The translations under genes and the position numbers were made by a program. Positions 1 to 8,433 of a DNA stretch of 64,000 nt are shown here, one piece after another. The notes under the pieces are model-generated. The model saw only the letters and a list, made by a program, of their open reading frames with translations. It was not told the DNA's origin and did not search any database. Source of the stretch: an uncultured Treponemataceae bacterium (GTDB lineage: Bacteria; Spirochaetota; Spirochaetia; Treponematales; UBA12059); contig CAYZZW010000007.1 in assembly GCA_964482955.1 (NCBI GenBank), positions 5,315 to 69,314 of the forward strand, in the 5' to 3' direction. How positions within the stretch are numbered: the first letter of the stretch is position 1; every line of letters starts with the position of its first letter.

Positions 1-635
1 CCGTGGGCATGGATCCGCTCCAGGTGACGCCGGACATCGTGGAGCTGACCGTCTCCATGGAGCGGCGCACCCAGGCCGTCGTGCCCATCGTTCCGGTGTT
101 CCGCGACGTGCTCGAGGCGGGCTACGAACTGAGTTACGTCATCGAGCCGGACCGCGTCGCCGTCTCCGGCCCCGCGAGCCTCGTCGCCAACCTGCGGGCG
201 GTCACCACCGACTTCATCGACCTGGCGGGCCGATCTTCGGACTTCGCGGCGGAAGTGCGCCTGGTGGGTCTCGACCAGCTGCTCGAACTGTCGGGCCCCG
301 CGCGCGTCCGTTTTTCGGCCACGATCCGGAAGACGATGTCCTCGCGGAGCTTCGACGCGGTGCCGGTGCGCGTCGACGGCCTTCCGCAGGGCTTCGCCCT
401 TTCGGAGGATCCCCAGGCGGTGACCGTGGTGCTCCTCGGCCCGCGCGAAACGCTCGACGCATTCGTGCCCGGCGCCGATTTCGCCGTCATCGACCTTTCG
501 GACGTCCGCGCCTCGGGCGGGGCCACGGTGCCGGTGGTCGTGAACGCGCCCCCGGGAACCACGCTGGAATCGTGCGCACCCGCCGCCCTCACCGTCCAGA
601 TCGTCCACGGCCGCCAGGCGGGGGAGCGCCCGTGA
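1..635 (+). CDS. YbbR/CdaR-like domain protein (5' truncated by window edge)
   Basis: Repeated 'VPV...G.P.G..L...P..V.V.G' YbbR-type units; frame open to the left edge; upstream of acpS. Confidence 0.8.
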   Translation, partial: VGMDPLQVTPDIVELTVSMERRTQAVVPIVPVFRDVLEAGYELSYVIEPDRVAVSGPASLVANLRAVTTDFIDLAGRSSDFAAEVRLVGLDQLLELSGPARVRFSATIRKTMSSRSFDAVPVRVDGLPQGFALSEDPQAVTVVLLGPRETLDAFVPGADFAVIDLSDVRASGGATVPVVVNAPPGTTLESCAPAALTVQIVHGRQAGERP

Positions 636-1006
636 TAATCGGCATCGGCGTCGATATCGTGCACGTGCGGCGCATACGCCACTGGCTGTCGGTCGACGGT
701 CTCGTCGACCGCTTTTTCCATCCCGACGAGATCGCCTTCGCGCGGACCAAGGGCGATTCGTCCGCGCTGTCGCTCGCCGCTCGCTTCGCCGCGAAGGAAG
801 CCTTCGGGAAGGCGCTCGGCACCGGTCTGGCCGGGCTCAGGCTGCGCGACATCCTCGTGCGGAACAACCACAACGGCAAGCCGGAGATCGAGCTGACCGG
901 CCCGGCCGGCGATCGCTTCCGGGCGGTCGGCGGGAAGCGGCTTCACGTGTCGCTCACGCACGAGAGCGACAACGCCGTGGCTTTCGTCGTCATCGAGGGG
1001 GAGTGA
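632..1006 (+). CDS. acpS: holo-[acyl-carrier-protein] synthase
   Basis: IIGIGVDIV, ARFAAKEAFGKALGTG, SLTHE motifs; GTG at 632 overlaps upstream TGA. Confidence 0.95.
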   Translation: MIIGIGVDIVHVRRIRHWLSVDGLVDRFFHPDEIAFARTKGDSSALSLAARFAAKEAFGKALGTGLAGLRLRDILVRNNHNGKPEIELTGPAGDRFRAVGGKRLHVSLTHESDNAVAFVVIEGE

Positions 1007-1890
1007 TCGTGGTCAGGGTCAAGAAGGAACAGAAGCCGAGGGAAGAAAAAGAACGGAAGGTGACGTTCTTCGCCAAGGAGCCGACGGAGTGCCCCGTGTG
1101 CGGCACGAAGTTCCAGCGCGAGGAGCTGTTCCAGGGACGCGTCAACGCCGGCCCCCTCACCGACGAGCTGCACCGCAAGTACATACCCATGCAGTCGTAC
1201 GGCGAGGTGTTTCCCCTCGTCTATTCGATGACGGTCTGCCCTTCCTGCTTCTTCTCGTCGAACAAGTCCGACTTCGCGAAACCTCCCCAGCGCGCGCTCG
1301 CGGCGCTGTCCGAGGCGACGCAGGACCGCATCGAAAAGGTCGGTAGGATCTTCAATCCGATCGACTTCGAGGAGGCGCGCGGGCTCATGGAAGGGACCGC
1401 GAGCTACTACCTGGCGATGCTCTGTTACGAGCTGTTCCCGCCGCAGGCCGCCCCGACCGTGAAGATGGCGCAGGCGTCGCTCCGCGCGGCGTGGCTCTGC
1501 GAGGACCTCCACGCCAAGAAGCCCGGCGAGAACTACGATTACCTGTCGAAGCTCTTCTACCAGAAGGCGCGCATCCTCTACAAGGCCGCCATCGATTTCG
1601 AGCAGACCGCGCGCGAGCAGGCGTCGTCCGTGCCGAACCTCGGCCCCGACTCCGACAAGAACTACGGCTACGAGGGCACGCTCTACGTGGCCGCGGTGCT
1701 CGAGCTCAAGTACGGCCAGCGCGCCGACCAGGCGAAGCGCTTCAAGGACCTGGAGATGTACCGCACGAGCATCGCCAAGATGTTCGGGCTCGGGAAGCGC
1801 TCCAAGGCGAAGCCGGGACCGCTCCTCGATTCGGCGCGGGACCTCTACGACAGGATCAAGGCGGAGATCAGGGCGGACGACGACGAATGA
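1003..1890 (+). CDS. DUF2225-family protein
   Basis: CPVC and CPSC zinc-type motifs followed by a helical TPR-like region. Confidence 0.75.
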   Translation: MIVVRVKKEQKPREEKERKVTFFAKEPTECPVCGTKFQREELFQGRVNAGPLTDELHRKYIPMQSYGEVFPLVYSMTVCPSCFFSSNKSDFAKPPQRALAALSEATQDRIEKVGRIFNPIDFEEARGLMEGTASYYLAMLCYELFPPQAAPTVKMAQASLRAAWLCEDLHAKKPGENYDYLSKLFYQKARILYKAAIDFEQTAREQASSVPNLGPDSDKNYGYEGTLYVAAVLELKYGQRADQAKRFKDLEMYRTSIAKMFGLGKRSKAKPGPLLDSARDLYDRIKAEIRADDDE

Positions 1891-2786
1891 CCCGCAACGT
1901 CAAGCTCGTCCTCGCGTACGACGGCACGGATTTCTCCGGCTGGCAGCGGCAGTCGAACGACCGCTCGGCCCAGGAGGCGCTCGAGACCGCGCTTGCGAAG
2001 ATGCACGGGCATCCGGTGGCCGTCGTGGCGGCGGGCCGCACCGATTCGGGGGTGCACGCGGCCGGGCAGGTGGCCAGCTTCCGCTCGGACATCGCGTCGA
2101 TCCCGGCCGACCGCTGGCGCCTGGCGCTCAACAAGCTCCTGCCGCCCGACCTGCGCGTGCTCGAGTCGTCGGACGCCGACCCGGATTTCCACGCCCGCTA
2201 CGACGCGCGCCTCAGACGCTACCGCTACTTCGTCGTCTGCGGGCCGTCCTGCCCGCCGCACCGCTCGCGCTTCGCGTGGTGGGTGCGGAAGCGGCCCGAC
2301 GTCCGGACCCTGAACGGCATGGCCGCGGCGATACTCGGCGAGACGGACTTCACCGCCTTTTCGAGCGCCAAGGACGTATCGTCGAACCGGCACCGCTTCG
2401 TCCATTCGGCTTCGTGGCGCTGGGAGGGCGATTCGCTCGTGTTCGAGGTGGCGGCCAACGCCTTCCTGTGGCGCATGGTCCGGAGCCTCGTCGGCTCCAT
2501 GATCGAATACGAAGCCGAGGGGCGCGACGGGTCGTGGATGCGCGACGTCCTCCGCTCGGGCGACCGCGCGCTCGCGGGCGCGACCGCGCCGGCTTGCGGC
2601 TTGTTCCTCTGGAACGTCGAATACTACGCGGAGCCGACCCGCCGCGGCCGCGCGCCCTCCGCGAACGGGGACTCCGTCGGGGCGGACGCGGACGACGCGG
2701 ACGGCGACGCCGACGGGAACCCGGATGCCGGCGATGGAAACGCGTCGCCGCGCCTCGTGCCCGGCTACGGCTACGTGGAAGCTTGA
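1887..2786 (+). CDS. truA: tRNA pseudouridine(38-40) synthase
   Basis: AYDGTDFSGWQRQ, AGRTDSGVHA, ANAFLWRMVR; ATG 1887 overlaps upstream stop. Confidence 0.95.
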   Translation: MTRNVKLVLAYDGTDFSGWQRQSNDRSAQEALETALAKMHGHPVAVVAAGRTDSGVHAAGQVASFRSDIASIPADRWRLALNKLLPPDLRVLESSDADPDFHARYDARLRRYRYFVVCGPSCPPHRSRFAWWVRKRPDVRTLNGMAAAILGETDFTAFSSAKDVSSNRHRFVHSASWRWEGDSLVFEVAANAFLWRMVRSLVGSMIEYEAEGRDGSWMRDVLRSGDRALAGATAPACGLFLWNVEYYAEPTRRGRAPSANGDSVGADADDADGDADGNPDAGDGNASPRLVPGYGYVEA

Positions 2787-2921
2787 ACCTCGGCGCGTTA
2801 GGATTGTGGGGAACGGCGGATCGACGGACGGGCGACGCCCGGCGTCGATTCGCGCGTACTCGCGGGGCGAACGGCCGGTAGCGCCGTTTTCGCCGCATCG
2901 CCCGTTGTAAGGAGCAGCATC

Positions 2922-3893
2922 ATGAAGAAAACCGGAATCGGGAAGATCGTTTCGGCGACCATCGCCGCGGCCGCGATCCTGTTCGCCTTTGTCTCGTGCG
3001 GCAGGGCCGCCGAGTCGTACCGCTCCGCGGAACCTGCCATGACGAAGGAAGCCGCGTTCGGCTATTCGGAGGAGTCGGGCGGGGCGCAGGCGGATCTCGC
3101 GCGCGCGCCGGCGGAACCCTCGTCCGCCGACAAGCCCGCGCCCGGCGCTTCCGCTCCGGCGGTCGACCAGCCCGCGCCCCCCCAGACGGCGCGGAAGCTC
3201 ATCCGCAGCGCCTACCTCCGTCTTCGGGTGCAGAGCCTGGCAACGGGCGAACGCGCCGCGGCCGCCGTCGCCGCGACGCTCGGCGGCTACGTCGCGTCGA
3301 CCAACGTATCCGAATACTCCGTGTCCATGACCATACGCGTGCCGCAGGCCACGTTCGACCAGGCGATGGCCTCGCTCGAGCCCGTCGGCAAGGCGATGGC
3401 GCGCAACGTGTCGGCCGAGGACGTGACCCTGCGCTACCACGACCTCGAGGGCGAGATCGCCTCGAAGCGCGCGCTCGCGGACAAGTTCCGGGAATACCTC
3501 CGCAAGGCGACGACGATCGACGACATCCTGGCCGTCGAGGCGCGCCTGTCCGAGGTCCTGCGCGAGATCGACCGCGTCACGACCGAATTCAAGCAGCTGG
3601 CCGATCTCGTCGACTTCGCCACCATCACGATCGACCTCGAGCTGCCGCCCCAGGCGCTGCCGGATTCCGGCAACACGTTCCTCGACCGGCTGGCGCAGCT
3701 GTTCGGCGAGTTCGGCGACTTCCTCGGCCTCCTCGGCACGTGGATCGTCGGCATCGTCCTCTTCGGCGTGCCCATCGTCGCGCTGGCCGCGCTCCTCTTC
3801 TGGCTCCTCTTCGGGAAGATCGGCCTCCTCGTGAAGCTGTACCGCCTGATCGCGAAGCCGAAGGCGCCTGAGACGACGGGCGAGAAGGCGTGA
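2922..3893 (+). CDS. DUF4349 domain lipoprotein
   Basis: Lipobox-like FVSC; RKLIRSA, TIRVP, EDVT..Y.DL and coiled coil; C-terminal TM helix. Confidence 0.85.
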   Translation: MKKTGIGKIVSATIAAAAILFAFVSCGRAAESYRSAEPAMTKEAAFGYSEESGGAQADLARAPAEPSSADKPAPGASAPAVDQPAPPQTARKLIRSAYLRLRVQSLATGERAAAAVAATLGGYVASTNVSEYSVSMTIRVPQATFDQAMASLEPVGKAMARNVSAEDVTLRYHDLEGEIASKRALADKFREYLRKATTIDDILAVEARLSEVLREIDRVTTEFKQLADLVDFATITIDLELPPQALPDSGNTFLDRLAQLFGEFGDFLGLLGTWIVGIVLFGVPIVALAALLFWLLFGKIGLLVKLYRLIAKPKAPETTGEKA

Positions 3894-4615
3894 CCGAAAC
3901 GGAATCCGCCGGGCGCGTCCGGTCCGAAGCGAGGACGCGCCCGCTCGCCTGCGTCTTCGACCTGGACGGAACGATCCTCGATTCGGAGCCGCTCTATTTC
4001 GAGAGCGACCGGGCGTTCCTCGCGTCGCGCGGGATGGAGTACGCGGCCGCGCTCAACGACGCCGTGAAGGGCCGAGGCGCCGCGGACTTCTTCGCGATCC
4101 TCGCAAGCGCCTTTCCGGGCAATCCCTTCCACGCCCTGCCCTTGACCGAGCGCATGCGGCTCAAGGACGAGGCGTACCTCTCGCATTGCGTCGGGCGGCT
4201 CCGTCCCTTCCCCGCGGTCGTACGCCTCCTCGACGCGCTCGGGGCGCTCGGGCTTCCGCTCGCGATCGCGTCCGGCTCCAACAGCGCGGTGATCGAGGGC
4301 ACGCTCGGCATGGTCGGCTTGCGGGACCGCTTCGCCGTCGCGGTGTCGGCCGCGGAAGTGCCGCGCGGCAAACCCGCGCCCGACGTCTTCCTCGAAGCCG
4401 CGCACAGGCTCGGCGTCGAGCCGCGATCGTGCCTCGCGTTCGAGGATTCCCCCAACGGCGCGCGCGCCGCCCTGGACGCCGGCATGACCGTCGTCGTCCT
4501 GCCCGACCCCGGATCAGGCGAAGGCCGCGATCGTTTCGCGGGCGCGACGCTGATCGTCGAAGGCGGGCCCGAGGCGCTCGATCCGGACAAGCTGCTTGCG
4601 GAACTGGTTTCGTAA
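3890..4615 (+). CDS. HAD-family phosphatase (beta-PGM-like)
   Basis: FDLDGTILDSE, IASGS, GKPAPDVF, FEDS motifs. Confidence 0.9.
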   Translation: MTETESAGRVRSEARTRPLACVFDLDGTILDSEPLYFESDRAFLASRGMEYAAALNDAVKGRGAADFFAILASAFPGNPFHALPLTERMRLKDEAYLSHCVGRLRPFPAVVRLLDALGALGLPLAIASGSNSAVIEGTLGMVGLRDRFAVAVSAAEVPRGKPAPDVFLEAAHRLGVEPRSCLAFEDSPNGARAALDAGMTVVVLPDPGSGEGRDRFAGATLIVEGGPEALDPDKLLAELVS

Positions 4616-4664
4616 GCGCCGAATCGCGGCGGGTGTCTGACATCGGGCGAAGGAGAATAACGCC

Positions 4665-5108
4665 ATGGACATTGGAGCCTTGCTATACGAGGAAGCTGCG
4701 GCTTTCGTGCGGAAAAGATTCCCGGACGTGTGGGGCGGGGCGGCCGCCCTGTACACGGAAGAGGGGAAGGTGCTGATCAGCGTCGCGCTGGAATCGGCGA
4801 ACGCGGGCGCCGGATTGTGCATCGAGACCGGAGCCATGTGCGAAGCGCAAAAATTCAATTACAGGGTCACGCATTCGCTGTGCGTCGTCAGGGAAGACGG
4901 GAATTCCCCGTTCAAGATCCTGACGCCGTGCGGCATCTGCCAGGAACGGCTTTTCTATTGGGGCGAAGACGTGGAAGTGGCGATCACGAACCCGGGAAAT
5001 GCGGTGATCTTCATGAAACTGAAGGACATCAACCGGCACTCCTGGCTGAAGGCCTACGACGAGAAGGATCTGGAGCGCCACGTCAAAGCGGATATCGATC
5101 TCGGTTGA
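4665..5108 (+). CDS. cytidine deaminase-family protein
   Basis: LCIETGA and TPCGICQERL zinc motifs; AGGAG RBS. Confidence 0.85.
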   Translation: MDIGALLYEEAAAFVRKRFPDVWGGAAALYTEEGKVLISVALESANAGAGLCIETGAMCEAQKFNYRVTHSLCVVREDGNSPFKILTPCGICQERLFYWGEDVEVAITNPGNAVIFMKLKDINRHSWLKAYDEKDLERHVKADIDLG

Positions 5109-5186
5109 CGATGCCGGAAACCGAGGACGCGCGAAAGAAAGCGCCGATCGGGAAAACGATGACGAAGAGGTTTGGAAGGGAGAGCG

Positions 5187-5221
5187 CGAGAGGGGAACCT
5201 TTTGAAAAGGTTCCCCTCTCG
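5187..5221. terminator. perfect 17-bp-arm palindrome between convergent genes; likely bidirectional terminator or REP-like element
   Basis: CGAGAGGGGAACCTTTT-G-AAAAGGTTCCCCTCTCG. Confidence 0.6.
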
Positions 5222-5252
5222 TTTTACTGATTCATCCTCTCGGAGGAAATCC

Positions 5253-5699
5253 TTACGCCTGCACCGAGCGGAGACCGATGAGGGCGTCGTTCGTCTCGCG
5301 GAAGCGCGCCACGACGATGGGGAGGATGGCGAGGGCGGCTTCCGGGTGCGCCTTGAGGAAGGCGTTGAATTCCCACGAGGCGAGGAGGAGGCAGGTCGTG
5401 GCTTCCTTCGCGACGACGCTGGCGGAGCGGGGAGACCCGTCGATGACGGCCATCTCGCCGAGGATGTCGCCGGGGCCGTTCTCGGCGATCTCGACCTTCT
5501 TGCCGTCGGGCGTGGTCTTCTCGATCTTCACCTTGCCGCTCATGAGCATGTACAGGCCGATGCCGGTCTCGCCCTGCTTCATGAGGTACTCGCCCGCGGC
5601 GAAGGTGCGCTCGGTGCAGATCTGCGAAATCCCCTTGATGTGCTTGGGGTCCAGTTTCGAAAAAAGGGCTACGTTCGAAAGCGCGTGTTCCCTGTCCAT
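5253..5699 (-). CDS. stand-alone cyclic-nucleotide-binding domain protein
   Basis: GEMAVIDGSPRSASV phosphate-binding cassette; 148 aa, no HTH; AAGGAG RBS. Confidence 0.9.
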   Translation of the reverse strand: MDREHALSNVALFSKLDPKHIKGISQICTERTFAAGEYLMKQGETGIGLYMLMSGKVKIEKTTPDGKKVEIAENGPGDILGEMAVIDGSPRSASVVAKEATTCLLLASWEFNAFLKAHPEAALAILPIVVARFRETNDALIGLRSVQA

Positions 5700-5772
5700 G
5701 GGTTTCTCCTTGCGAAACGTCGATTCATTCCGACTTGTTCCTTGGAAAAGAGTAATGAGGCCGCCGCGCGAG

Positions 5773-5844
5773 GTCAAGGCTGAAGCGACGCGGCGCGTCA
5801 AGGCCGAAGCGACGAGGCGCGTCAAGGCCGAAGCGACGAGGCGC
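5773..5844. repeat. 3 x 24-bp tandem repeat over the hisD stop
   Basis: GTCAAGGCYGAAGCGACGMGGCGC at 5773, 5797, 5821. Confidence 0.9.
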
Positions 5845-7087
5845 GGGCGAGGGCCGAACGAGCGTGGGCTTCGAGGCCTTCCATGCGCGCGAACGCAGCC
5901 GTGTCGCGCGCGAGGTCCGGCCCGTCGAGCGCGAGCCAGGTGCGTACGCGGAGGAAGTCGAAGACCGACAGGCCGCCCGAGCCCCGCGCCGCGCCGCCGG
6001 TCGGCAGGGTGTGGTTCGGGCCCGCGCCGTAATCGCCGAAGACTTCCGCGCCGCGTGGGCCGTAGAAGACGGCGCCCGCGTTCGCGCAACGCGCGGCCAC
6101 GGCTTCGGCGTCCGCCGCGGCGATCTCGAGGTGTTCGGGGCACGCGCGGTTCGCGACCGCGACGAGGGCGTCCGCGTCGGTGACGACGCAGGACCAGCCG
6201 CGCGCGAGGGCGGCCCGCGCGGTCCGCGCGTTGTCCGGCGCCGACCGTTCGAGTTCGCCGAGCGCCCGGGCGAGTTCCCGCTCCACCGCGTCCGCGAAAT
6301 CCGCCGAGACGGCGGCGAGCATGGGGACGGCGCGCTCGTCGTGTTCGGCCTGCGCCAGGAGATCCCACGCGACGGCGACGGGATCGGCCGTGTCGTCCGC
6401 GAGGACGAGGAGTTCGCTCGGGCCCGCGGGCGCGTCGGTGCGGGCGTACGAACGCGCGAGGCGTTTGGCCGCGGCGACATAGCGGTTGCCGGGGCCGACG
6501 ACGACGGCGCAGGACGGGCAGGGGCCCGCGCCGAAGGTGAGCGCAGCGATGGCCTGCGCCCCGCCCGCGCGGAGGAAGAGATCGGCGCCGGCCAACGCGC
6601 ACGCGGCGAGCACGGCCGGTTCGGGCTTCGGGCAGGCGACGACGACGGCGCCGACGCCCGCGACGCGCGCCACGAGCGCGGTCATGAGCGCGGACGAGGG
6701 GAGCGGGTAACGGCCGCCGGGCACGTAGCAGCCCGCGCTCGCCACCGGGAGGATGTCGTGCCCCGCGCGGCCGCCCGGCACGTCGATGGCCACGGGGCGC
6801 AGCGCGGCCTTTTGCGCTTCGGCGAAGGCGCGTATTCGGGCGGCGGCCGCCTCGAGGACGCTTCGCTCCGTTGGCGGGAGGGACGCGAGGGCGCGCTCGA
6901 AGTCGGCGCGTTCGTACCACAGGCGCCCGCGGTTGCCGTCGAGCTCCGCCGCGAGGCGGGCGAGGGCGGTTTCGCCTCCCGCGCGCACCTCGTCCATGAC
7001 GCGGGCGGCGACGGCATCCGCCTCCGGGTCGACGCCGAGCGATGCCGGCGGCGGTATGTCGTCCATTCCGATTCTGCGCAGCGTCAT
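5822..7087 (-). CDS. hisD: histidinol dehydrogenase
   Basis: YVPGGRYPLPSSALM, GGAQAIAAL, GPGNRYV, AGPSE, LAQAEHD, PEHLE, GPNHTLPT; ATG 7087 overlaps upstream TGA. Confidence 0.95.
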   Translation of the reverse strand: MTLRRIGMDDIPPPASLGVDPEADAVAARVMDEVRAGGETALARLAAELDGNRGRLWYERADFERALASLPPTERSVLEAAAARIRAFAEAQKAALRPVAIDVPGGRAGHDILPVASAGCYVPGGRYPLPSSALMTALVARVAGVGAVVVACPKPEPAVLAACALAGADLFLRAGGAQAIAALTFGAGPCPSCAVVVGPGNRYVAAAKRLARSYARTDAPAGPSELLVLADDTADPVAVAWDLLAQAEHDERAVPMLAAVSADFADAVERELARALGELERSAPDNARTARAALARGWSCVVTDADALVAVANRACPEHLEIAAADAEAVAARCANAGAVFYGPRGAEVFGDYGAGPNHTLPTGGAARGSGGLSVFDFLRVRTWLALDGPDLARDTAAFARMEGLEAHARSALARASSLRP

Positions 7088-8433
7088 CGCGCTTCCTCCG
7101 CGCCGACCGTGGCGCGCGGGGACTTGGCGCGGTCGAAGCCGGGCTTCGCGTCGCCCGGACGCCGCGTCACCCCCAAGGCCCGGCGGTCCAACACCCGCTC
7201 GGCGGCTTCGATGGACGAGCCGGCGGCGGCCAGGCGGACCGACAGGAAGTAGAGGAGGTCCGCCGCCTCCTCCGCGGCGCGTTCGGGCGTTTCGGCTTCG
7301 ATGAGTTCCTCGGTTTCCTCGCGCAGCTTCGCCGCGAGCAGCGCTGGATCGGCCTTGAGCCTGCGCGTGTACGAGCCGGGCGTCCCGCCGTCCCGCAGGC
7401 GCGAGGCGACGACGCGGTCGAGCGCCCCCACGCCGCCCGAAGCGGGATCGCGCGACGCGTCGCCGCCCCGGGCGAAGCAGGTCCGCGAACCTTCGTGGCA
7501 GAAGCCCGCGCCGTCCTGTCGCACCACGAAGCGGAGCGCGTCGCGGTCGCAGTCGGCGTCCACGCGGAGGAGGGTTTGCGCAGCGCCGCTCGTCGCGCCC
7601 TTGATCCAGAGGCCGCGCGTCCGCGAGCGGTACACGCCTTTCCGGTCCCCGAGCGCCCGCGCCAGGCTTTCGGCGTCCGAGTACGCGAGTCCCAAGGCGA
7701 TGCCGCGCTCGTCGCAGACGACGGTGGGCCAGAGGCCGTCGGGACGGTCGGAGCGGAGGCACGCGGCGAGGGCGCGCGCCGGATCGACGATGCCTGTGTA
7801 GAGAGCCATGCCGACCTGCGCGTCCGCGCCGATGGAGTCGAGGAAGGCGATGTCGGACTCGTCGGCCACGCCGCCGGCGATCGTCACGCGCGCGACGCCG
7901 GCCGCCTTCGCGAGCGCGGCCGTTTCGGACGCCCACGCGCGGTCGAGCCCGCGCAGGGTGCCCTCGTTCCGGATGTCGGTGAACATGAATGCGCCGCAGT
8001 ACGGCGCGAGCTCGACGACGGCGTCGGCCGCGACGCGCCCCGAGGCCGTCGTCCACCCGTGCGTCATCACGTCGGCGCCCGAGACGTCGACCGCGGCCAC
8101 GAGACGTTCCTTCGGGAAGCGCGACATGAAGTCCGGCGCGGCCCGCGTGCCCAGGATGACGGTCGCGGCGCCCGCGTCGAGCATGCGGGCTACGGCGGCT
8201 TCGTCGCGGAGGCCGCCGCCGACGCGGCAGGGGTAGTCGCGCGCGAGGGAGGTGACGAGGTCCGCGTTGCTCCCCGTGCCGAGGGCGGCGTCGAGGTCGA
8301 TCACCGCGATCTCGCCGAGGATGGAAAAACGTTCGGCGAGTTCGCGCGGGTCGCCGCAGTCGAGCGGGTCGCCGCGGCCGTTCACGAGCTGGACCGCGCG
8401 GCCGCGCATGATGTCTATGGAAGGAATCAGCAT
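7084..8433 (-). CDS. hisAIE: HisA-HisI-HisE triple fusion (ProFAR isomerase / PR-AMP cyclohydrolase / PR-ATP pyrophosphatase)
   Basis: IPSIDI..G.AVQL, DLDAA, VGGGLR (HisA); WIKGATSG, DCDRD, CHEGSRTCF (HisI); SYTRRL, KLREE, EAADLLY (HisE), all in one ORF. Confidence 0.9.
   Translation of the reverse strand: MLIPSIDIMRGRAVQLVNGRGDPLDCGDPRELAERFSILGEIAVIDLDAALGTGSNADLVTSLARDYPCRVGGGLRDEAAVARMLDAGAATVILGTRAAPDFMSRFPKERLVAAVDVSGADVMTHGWTTASGRVAADAVVELAPYCGAFMFTDIRNEGTLRGLDRAWASETAALAKAAGVARVTIAGGVADESDIAFLDSIGADAQVGMALYTGIVDPARALAACLRSDRPDGLWPTVVCDERGIALGLAYSDAESLARALGDRKGVYRSRTRGLWIKGATSGAAQTLLRVDADCDRDALRFVVRQDGAGFCHEGSRTCFARGGDASRDPASGGVGALDRVVASRLRDGGTPGSYTRRLKADPALLAAKLREETEELIEAETPERAAEEAADLLYFLSVRLAAAGSSIEAAERVLDRRALGVTRRPGDAKPGFDRAKSPRATVGAEEAR

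Noticed and set aside
5253-6920. 555-aa ORF suggesting a large Crp fusion
   Set aside because: Only the last 148 aa are a cNMP domain with its own RBS; the rest is an off-frame overlap of hisD
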